A stretch of DNA of 13,371 nt from Armatimonadota bacterium (GTDB lineage: Bacteria; Sysuimicrobiota; Sysuimicrobiia; Sysuimicrobiales; Humicultoraceae): the NCBI GenBank assembly GCA_037443365.1, contig JBBIOM010000044.1, positions 1 through 13,371 of the forward strand, written 5' to 3'. Both the position numbers and the translations under genes were made by a program. The notes below the pieces were generated by a model that worked only from the letters and a program-made list of their open reading frames with translations, ran no database searches and had not been told where the DNA came from. This document shows, one piece after another, positions 7,435 through 13,371 of the stretch. Every line of letters starts with the position of its first letter. Within the stretch, counting starts at the first letter, position 1.

Positions 7435-8633
7435 ATCGCCCCCTCCACACGCAGCCCGGCGATCTCATCTTCGGAATAGCCGAGATTCCTGAGCACCTCG
7501 TCGGTGTGCTCGCCCAGGCGCGGCGGCGGGCTCCCGGCAGTGGGGCGCCAGCCCGATATCCTGAACCCGGTGGTCGCGATCGCGATGCCGCACCCGACGC
7601 CGGGCGCCTTGTCGAACTCCTGTATGAGCCCCCGCCCTGCGATCTGCGGGTGGGCCAGGATCTCGGGCACCGAGAGCACCCGGCCGGCCGGAACCCCGGC
7701 CTGGTTCAGCAGTGGCTCCCACTCGGCCGCCGTGCGCGCGGCCAGGGCGGCTTCGATCTCGGCGCTCAACACGGCGCGGTGGCGCAGGCGATCTTCCCTC
7801 CGCGCGAACCTGGGATCCCCTACCAGGTCCGGGCGCCCCACCACGCGGGCGAGAGCCTCGAACTGCTCCTGCTTGTTGGCGGCGATGTTGAGCAGGCCGT
7901 CCCGCGTGCGGAACGCGCCCGACGGGCTCGCGGTGAAGTTGTCGTTGCCCATGGGCCTGGGGTGCTCGCCGGCGATCAGGTAGTTCGAGACGATCCACCC
8001 CATGGACAACAGCGTCGCCTCAAGCATGGAGACATCAATGAAAGCGCCCCTGCCGGTCTGCCGGCGCGCGAGCAGCGCCGAGGTGATCGCGAACGCCGCG
8101 GTGAGCCCTCCGATGGTATCGCATATCGGAAACCCTGTCCGCAGCGGCCCGGTCTGCTCGCTGCCGGTGAGGCTCATCGCCCCTGAGAGCCCCTGGATGA
8201 TCTGGTCGTAGGCGGGGTTGTCCCGCATCGGGCCGTCGCTTCCGAATCCGGAGATCGCGCAGTAGACCAGGCCGGGGTTCGTGCGGGAGAGATCGTCGTA
8301 GCCCACGCCCAGGCGCACCATCGCCCCGGGCCGGAAGTTCTCCACCAGCACATCCGCGGTCGCCACGAGCCGCTCGAACACGGCGCGGCCCCGGGCGTGC
8401 TTGAGGTTCAGCGTGACCGACCGCTTCGCGGCGTTCTGGGCCAGGAACGACGCGCCCATCAGCCGCTGGTTCAGCGCCGCGTCGGCGCCGAGCTGCCGGG
8501 CCAGATCGCCCGTCCCGGGCACTTCCACCTTCATTACCTCGGCACCCACCAGCGCAAGCTGGAAGGAGCAGAACGGGCCTGCCAGCACGTTCGTGAGGTC
8601 GAGGACCCTGATGCCCTCAAGCGGACGCTGCAC
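7431..8633 (-). CDS. Class III CoA-transferase (CaiB/BaiF/Frc family), 400 aa
   Basis: Motifs are [74 protein letters not shown], the catalytic Asp in PICDTIGG and the C-terminal [12 protein letters not shown]. Confidence 0.95.
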   Translation of the reverse strand: MQRPLEGIRVLDLTNVLAGPFCSFQLALVGAEVMKVEVPGTGDLARQLGADAALNQRLMGASFLAQNAAKRSVTLNLKHARGRAVFERLVATADVLVENFRPGAMVRLGVGYDDLSRTNPGLVYCAISGFGSDGPMRDNPAYDQIIQGLSGAMSLTGSEQTGPLRTGFPICDTIGGLTAAFAITSALLARRQTGRGAFIDVSMLEATLLSMGWIVSNYLIAGEHPRPMGNDNFTASPSGAFRTRDGLLNIAANKQEQFEALARVVGRPDLVGDPRFARREDRLRHRAVLSAEIEAALAARTAAEWEPLLNQAGVPAGRVLSVPEILAHPQIAGRGLIQEFDKAPGVGCGIAIATTGFRISGWRPTAGSPPPRLGEHTDEVLRNLGYSEDEIAGLRVEGAI

Positions 8634-9345
8634 GGGCGGAAGCCCTTTCGTCGAATGGCTTTCGGTCGCCGCCCAGCGCGGCGGTCAGGTCCGCTGCGGC
8701 GCGCATGAGCGCCAGTGACATGCGCTTCACTGCCGCCGGTCGAAACCGGTAGAGCGGACCTGACAGCGACAGCGCCCCGACGAGCTCCTGCCCCACGCGG
8801 AAGACCGGGCAGGCGACAGCCGCGGTCTCGGGGTTACGCTCTCCGAAGGAGGCGGCGATCAGGTCACGGCGGACGAGTGCGAAAGCAGCGCCCTTGGCCC
8901 CGCCAAGCGCCAGAAGCACCCTCCCCGCCGCCCCGCGATCCAGCGGAAGGTGGTCGCCCTCGCGCACGTGATCGCGGATCGGCGCCGGGGAGTCCACGCG
9001 GTGGAGACAGACGCGGACCGCGCCGTGGCGAACGTAGAACGAGGCGCTCTCGCCACTGTCGTTGGCGAGATGGCGCAGGACCGGCACGACACGGCCGGCC
9101 AGGGAAAACCCGCGCTGGTAGAGGCTACCGAGGCGCATGGGCGTGGGGCCCAGCCGGTACCTGCCGTCGGAGACCCGCCAGAGGTAGCCGTACCTCTCCA
9201 GCGACGCGCACAGGCGCAGGATGGTGCTCTTGTACATCCTCGTGCGCGCGGCGATCTCGGCCAGGGTGAGGCCGTCGTCGCCCTCGCGGAAGGCGTCGAG
9301 GATGGCAAGCGCGCGCTCCACCGCCGCCACGCCGCTCGTCTTCAC
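8617..9345 (-). CDS. IclR-family transcriptional regulator, 242 aa
   Basis: The N-terminal wHTH reads [14 protein letters not shown]...[30 protein letters not shown]...YRLGP. The effector domain has [17 protein letters not shown] and AAVACPVF...[10 protein letters not shown]. It starts at GTG and overlaps the CoA-transferase by 17 nt. Confidence 0.95.
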   Translation of the reverse strand: MKTSGVAAVERALAILDAFREGDDGLTLAEIAARTRMYKSTILRLCASLERYGYLWRVSDGRYRLGPTPMRLGSLYQRGFSLAGRVVPVLRHLANDSGESASFYVRHGAVRVCLHRVDSPAPIRDHVREGDHLPLDRGAAGRVLLALGGAKGAAFALVRRDLIAASFGERNPETAAVACPVFRVGQELVGALSLSGPLYRFRPAAVKRMSLALMRAAADLTAALGGDRKPFDERASARAASA

Positions 9346-9387
9346 GGCTTCAACCGTGCCCTCATCCTGGAGTAATGAGGCACGCCG

Positions 9388-11115
9388 TCACCAGCGGTAG
9401 ATGTCGTTGATGTCCCAGTGACCAGCGGTCGGGACTGGATCGTTCACCATCGGCACGTCTATGACCGTTGGCCTTCCACTTCCTAGCGCTGCGGCAAGGG
9501 CCGGGGCCAGGTCGTCGGCCCGCTCTATCCGCACACCCTCCGCGCCGTAGGCGCGCGCGAGCGCCGCGAAGTCCGGGCTGTAGGGCTGCCCGGCGCACTG
9601 GAACTCGCAGCCGAAGGTGCGGCCGTAGTGGGAGCCCATCAGCCCGGCGATCGTGCCGTGGGCGCTGTTGTTCATCACCACCCAGACCACGCCGATGCCC
9701 TGCTCGACCGCCGTCGCGAGTACCGACGGGTTGGCGCTGAAGGCGCCGTCGCCCACCATCGCGAGGCACGGAACGTCGGGCCTCGCCAGCTTGGCGCCGA
9801 GTGCCGCCGCGGGGCCGTATCCCATGGTCGCCAGGCCGCCCGGCGGAAGGTGGGTCCGCGGCAGGTAGATCGGGAACTGCTGGCCGACCCCGTTCTTGTT
9901 CCAGCCCACGTCGGTGACCAGGACCCCCTCCCTGGGAAGGGCGGAACGGATCTCGGCCAGGATGCGCTGCGGCGCCAGCGGAAACGACGAGGAGCGCGAG
10001 GGGCCCTCGAGGCCGGCCAGCCAGGCCTGCCGCTCCGACTGGATGCCGGCGAGCCCTGCGTGGCCGTCTCCTCCGCCCGCCGATTTCTCGCGCAGCGCGG
10101 AGAGGATCGCGCGCAGCCCGGCCCGCGCGTCCGTGACTGCCCCCACCGCCACGGGGAACGAGCGGCCGATCTCCTGGGGGTCTATGTCAAGGTGTATCAA
10201 CTCGGTCGGAGGGATGGCGAAGGTGAATCGCGGATCCCACGAGCTGGAGTCGGCCTCGGCAAAGCGGGTCCCGACCGCCAGGATCAGGTCGGCCTCGCGC
10301 GTCACGCGGTTGGTCAGCTCGGTCCCCCAGAACCCGGTCATTCCGAGAATGAGCGGATGGTCGTCAGGCAGCGCGCCCTTGCCCATCAGGGAATAGGCCA
10401 CGGGCGAGCCGAGATGCTCGGCAACGAGCCGCAGCTCCTCCGAGGCCCCAGACGAGATCACCCCTCCTCCGGTGTAGATGACCGGGCGGCGCGCTGCCAA
10501 CAGCCGCCGCGCGATCTCCTGGGCGGCGCCGGAGTCCAGCCCTGGAGGAGCCAGCGGGGCCGGTGGCTCAGGGGCAGGCCCCTCGGCAGCCATCGAGAAG
10601 ACGTCCATCGCCACGTTGATCAGCACCGGCCCGGGCCGGCCGCTGGTGGCCAGGCTGTAGGCGCGCGGCAGGATGCGCGAAAGCCCGCGCGGATCTGCCA
10701 CCCTCCAGGCCCGCTTCACGAACGGACGGAAGACCTCCCACTGGTCGCCGTCGGTGTGGTACTGGATCTCCTGGTGCGGGTGGCGGCCGTAGAAGTAGCC
10801 GGGCACATCGCCCGCGATCACCAGCAGCGGGATCGAGTCCAGCGCCGCGTTTGCCACGCCGGTGGCGGCGTTGGTCAGGCCTGGTCCCAGATGCGTCATC
10901 AGGACACCGCAGCGCCCGGACGCCCGCGCATAGCCCTCGGCCATGTGCGCCGCGATCTGCTCGTGGCGCGTCATGACAAAGCGCATCCGGCTGTCGGCGA
11001 GCGCGTCGAGGAGCGCGATCACCGTGTGACCGCAGAGCCCGAAGACGTACTCGGTTCCTGCACCCTCCAGGAATCGCACAATCTGGTGCGCGACGTTGTG
11101 CTGCTTGGTTCCCAT
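9388..11115 (-). CDS. Thiamine-diphosphate-dependent enzyme, acetolactate synthase large subunit / IolD / cyclohexanedione hydrolase superfamily, ~575 aa
   Basis: Motifs are VFGLCGH, RHEQIAAHMAEGYAR (catalytic Glu), GPGLTNA, GRPGPV, HLDIDPQEIGR, DVGWN, GGLATMGYG and the ThDP motif GDGAF...VMNN. ATG 11115 lies 10 nt after GGAGG; TTG 11124 is too close to the SD to be the start. Confidence 0.93.
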   Translation of the reverse strand: MGTKQHNVAHQIVRFLEGAGTEYVFGLCGHTVIALLDALADSRMRFVMTRHEQIAAHMAEGYARASGRCGVLMTHLGPGLTNAATGVANAALDSIPLLVIAGDVPGYFYGRHPHQEIQYHTDGDQWEVFRPFVKRAWRVADPRGLSRILPRAYSLATSGRPGPVLINVAMDVFSMAAEGPAPEPPAPLAPPGLDSGAAQEIARRLLAARRPVIYTGGGVISSGASEELRLVAEHLGSPVAYSLMGKGALPDDHPLILGMTGFWGTELTNRVTREADLILAVGTRFAEADSSSWDPRFTFAIPPTELIHLDIDPQEIGRSFPVAVGAVTDARAGLRAILSALREKSAGGGDGHAGLAGIQSERQAWLAGLEGPSRSSSFPLAPQRILAEIRSALPREGVLVTDVGWNKNGVGQQFPIYLPRTHLPPGGLATMGYGPAAALGAKLARPDVPCLAMVGDGAFSANPSVLATAVEQGIGVVWVVMNNSAHGTIAGLMGSHYGRTFGCEFQCAGQPYSPDFAALARAYGAEGVRIERADDLAPALAAALGSGRPTVIDVPMVNDPVPTAGHWDINDIYRW

Positions 11116-11133
11116 TGATACCAACCCTCCGAG

Positions 11134-12153
11134 CTAACTGACGCGTATGACTGCCTTGGCGAACTGGGCGCCGAGAGCGGCCTCCAGCCCGGCCCCCACT
11201 TCGTCCAGCGGGAATTCCTGCTCGACGAGGTGGCCTGCCCGTAGTCCTCCCTCAATCAGATTGAGCGTCCGGCGGAAGTCGCGGGGGTGGTCGTAGATCA
11301 GTGAGCTGACCAGCGTGACCCCCTCCCGAACAAGGCGCAGCGGCGAGAAGGGCACATCCTCCGCCGTCAATCCCAACAGCACGACGCGCCCGCCCCGGGG
11401 AGCCGACCGGAGGCACCACGCCGCCCCTGCCGCGGCCCCTGAGCACTCGAATAGCGTCGCCGGCTCCCCGGTATCGCGCATGCGCGCTGCGACCGCCTCC
11501 CCAACCTCCTGGCTCATCGGCATCGCCTCGGCCGCCCCCAGCGCCCGAGCCTTCTCCACCCGCCGGGTATCCAGGTCCAGCGCGGTGACCGAGATGCGCG
11601 CGGCGCTCAGCAGGTGCGTGAGCAGGAGCCCTATGGCGCCGCACCCCAGCACCAGGGCGCGGTCTCCCGGGACCAGCCCTGCTGTGGCAAGCGCGTGCAC
11701 CCCCACTGCCAGCGGCTCGGTCATCACAAGGTCCTGGTCTGGGATGGTGTCCGAAGCGACCCAGGCGTGGCTGGCCGGCACGGCCGCGAACTCGGCGAAC
11801 ACCCCGTCCACATTGACACCCAGGACGCGCTTGTTCGGGCACACGGTGCCTTGTCCGCGCCGGCACAGCGCGCACTGGGTGCATGGTATGTTGGGTTCCA
11901 CCACGACCCGCCGGCCCGCCAAGTCGCTAGTGACACCGTCGCCGACCGCGGCAATCCGGCCTATCGCCTCGTGTCCCAGGATCAAGGGGTAGGGCGCTGG
12001 CCGGTGGCCAGCGTACAGGTGCACGTCCGACCCGCAGATGCCAACACGCTCAACCCGGACCAGCACCTCGCCCGGCAGGGGGGCGGGGATCGGAACCTCG
12101 TCCAGGCGCAGATCTCGCGGCCCGTGCAACCGGGCGGCGCGCATTGTGCTCAC
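11134..12153 (-). CDS. Zn-dependent medium-chain dehydrogenase (sorbitol/threonine dehydrogenase-like), probably NAD-specific, 339 aa
   Basis: It has GICGSDVH and GHE (catalytic Zn), CTQCALCRRGQGTVC (structural Zn), and the Rossmann GCGAIG with an acidic residue after beta2 (LDLD). A GGAGG SD is present, and there is a GTGA overlap with the aroD stop. Confidence 0.93.
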   Translation of the reverse strand: MSTMRAARLHGPRDLRLDEVPIPAPLPGEVLVRVERVGICGSDVHLYAGHRPAPYPLILGHEAIGRIAAVGDGVTSDLAGRRVVVEPNIPCTQCALCRRGQGTVCPNKRVLGVNVDGVFAEFAAVPASHAWVASDTIPDQDLVMTEPLAVGVHALATAGLVPGDRALVLGCGAIGLLLTHLLSAARISVTALDLDTRRVEKARALGAAEAMPMSQEVGEAVAARMRDTGEPATLFECSGAAAGAAWCLRSAPRGGRVVLLGLTAEDVPFSPLRLVREGVTLVSSLIYDHPRDFRRTLNLIEGGLRAGHLVEQEFPLDEVGAGLEAALGAQFAKAVIRVS

Positions 12154-12932
12154 GGCTCAACCTCCCGTCTTAGGCCTACGACGCCAAGCAGCCTGTCGGC
12201 GAGAGCCATCTCGATCTGGCCCGGCGCCGAGGCCGCGATCCCAACGGCGAATGTGAGATCTGATCCGAAGTACCCCCCGCCTATCCGGCTGATTGCGCCC
12301 TCGGCGCCCATCGACATCAGAATCGCGGGGATATCGAGGAACGTACGGCGGGCCTCCAGCCCTGCCCCCAGCAGCACAAGGACGTCCTCTGGGGACCTGG
12401 GCATCACCGCTACCTTGGCGACATCGGCCCCTGCTTTGTGCATCGCCCGCAGCGTTGTCAGGAGCGCCTCAGCAGGGGGCGTTCCTTCAAAGTCGTGCCA
12501 GGAGCGTATGACCCCCACCTCGGATCCCATGCACGTTGCTGCAACCTTCTCGGCCAAGGCCGGCTCCGTAGCCATCTCAATATCCACAAGGGCAGGCCGC
12601 CCGGTTGACGCCGCGGCCTCAAGTATGGCGAGCCGATGCACCTCGTCCTGGGGACGGGCCCCACCCTCTTCGTGCCGCCGGTTCGTGAAGATCAGCGGGC
12701 GGCGCGCAGAGGCAGAGAGATCGGCGAGGAGCGCCGGCACCTCGGCGGGCGCCAGGTCCGGGATGAAGTCGGCGCGCCACTCGATGCAGTCCGGGCCGAG
12801 CGCCCCCAGATGCGCGGCCTGTGGGGCCAGCGCCGAGCGCTCTGCTGCGGTCAGCGGCACGCACGTCAGCACCGCCGGCCCGCCCAGCACGCGGTCACCT
12901 ACCCGGATCGGCCTCCTGGCCTGCAGTCGCAT
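12150..12932 (-). CDS. aroD: Type I 3-dehydroquinate dehydratase, 260 aa
   Basis: Motifs are IEWRADF, IFTNRRHEEGG, VDIE, SWHDFEGTP (catalytic His), DVAKVAVMP (Schiff-base Lys), MSMGAEGAISR and SAPGQ. The key motifs look intact. Confidence 0.93.
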   Translation of the reverse strand: MRLQARRPIRVGDRVLGGPAVLTCVPLTAAERSALAPQAAHLGALGPDCIEWRADFIPDLAPAEVPALLADLSASARRPLIFTNRRHEEGGARPQDEVHRLAILEAAASTGRPALVDIEMATEPALAEKVAATCMGSEVGVIRSWHDFEGTPPAEALLTTLRAMHKAGADVAKVAVMPRSPEDVLVLLGAGLEARRTFLDIPAILMSMGAEGAISRIGGGYFGSDLTFAVGIAASAPGQIEMALADRLLGVVGLRREVEP

Positions 12933-12958
12933 CGGCTCGCCCCCTCACGGGCCTGCCG

Positions 12959-13354
12959 CTACCGGCTGGGGTTCTCTCCCGGAGGAGTGTAGGCCCACAG
13001 AAGCACCAGCGGCTCAGTGCCCGTGTTCACGTGCTGGTGCTTGAGGTCCTTCGGCACGAATATCATGTCGTGCTGTCCGAACGGCTGCCGGTTGCCGTCG
13101 GCGTCGACCGCCTCCCCGCTGCCCGAGAGGACCACGTTGATCTCCTCGGACCCGGGATGCTCGTGCAGCGAGCTCGACTCGCCCTGCGGAAAGACGGTTA
13201 TCCCGGCGACCAGGAACTCGGAGCCGCAGATCTCACGATCCACGGTCCGGAACACCTTGCGGCGGAACCCTGGGTTGTCGAGGCCGATCCAGGACTGCTT
13301 GCCCTCGGTGAACGTGCGGATCACCTTGACGCCGGGCTGCTGCTTAACGCTCAT
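12959..13354 (-). CDS. Cupin-domain protein (monocupin, 3His-1Glu metal site), 131 aa
   Basis: Motif 1 is HEHPGSEEINVVLSGSG and motif 2 is DMIFVPKDLKHQHVNTG. A full SD (TAAGGAGG) lies 7 nt before ATG. Confidence 0.9.
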   Translation of the reverse strand: MSVKQQPGVKVIRTFTEGKQSWIGLDNPGFRRKVFRTVDREICGSEFLVAGITVFPQGESSSLHEHPGSEEINVVLSGSGEAVDADGNRQPFGQHDMIFVPKDLKHQHVNTGTEPLVLLWAYTPPGENPSR

Positions 13355-13371
13355 AGCGCACCCTCCTTAGT

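Noticed and set aside
4862-12932. Reading aroD plus aroKB as an ordinary chorismate biosynthesis operon
   Set aside because: They are separated by five unrelated genes, no aroE, aroA, aroC or DAHP synthase is in the window, and AroKB has altered catalytic motifs. A housekeeping role for aroD alone cannot be excluded.
9628-13044. Long plus-strand ORFs (9628..11118, 11614..13044) and similar shadow ORFs elsewhere, such as 5195..6289 and 1330..2172
   Set aside because: They are antisense or off-frame shadows of well-supported genes, as expected at ~70% GC, and show no recognisable motifs.
1-13371. CRISPR arrays, tandem repeat arrays, IS/transposases, integrases, rRNA/tRNA, defence systems
   Set aside because: None was seen. 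Nearly all the sequence is accounted for by metabolic and transport CDSs with intergenic gaps of about 100 nt or less.

Overview
A gene-dense, roughly 70% GC bacterial window with two convergent blocks. The left block (34-4807) holds a histidine phosphatase divergent from a peptide/nickel (Dpp/Opp-type) ABC cluster: two permeases, a family-5 solute-binding protein and an exported LppX/LolA-like hypothetical protein, with no ATPase. The right block (4862-13354, all minus strand, probably continuing past the window edge) runs cupin > type I 3-dehydroquinate dehydratase (aroD) > Zn/NAD dehydrogenase > ThDP-dependent ALS/IolD-like enzyme > IclR regulator > class III CoA-transferase > citryl-CoA-lyase-like protein. 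It is followed by a shikimate kinase/3-dehydroquinate synthase (AroKB) fusion that appears to have its own extended -10 promoter. Two observations stand out. (1) The minus-strand operon fits a candidate oxygen-independent, non-aromatising ring-cleavage pathway for quinate/shikimate-type cyclitols via a citrate-like intermediate. (2) The AroKB fusion is full length but has substitutions at normally invariant residues in both domains (RPLL>WPLL, GGGVVGD>GGEEVLD, GHTFGH>GHTFGY), suggesting a pseudoenzyme, sensor or neofunctionalised cyclase. All functional calls come from motif recognition by eye; no searches were run. No rRNA, tRNA, CRISPR array or mobile element was found.
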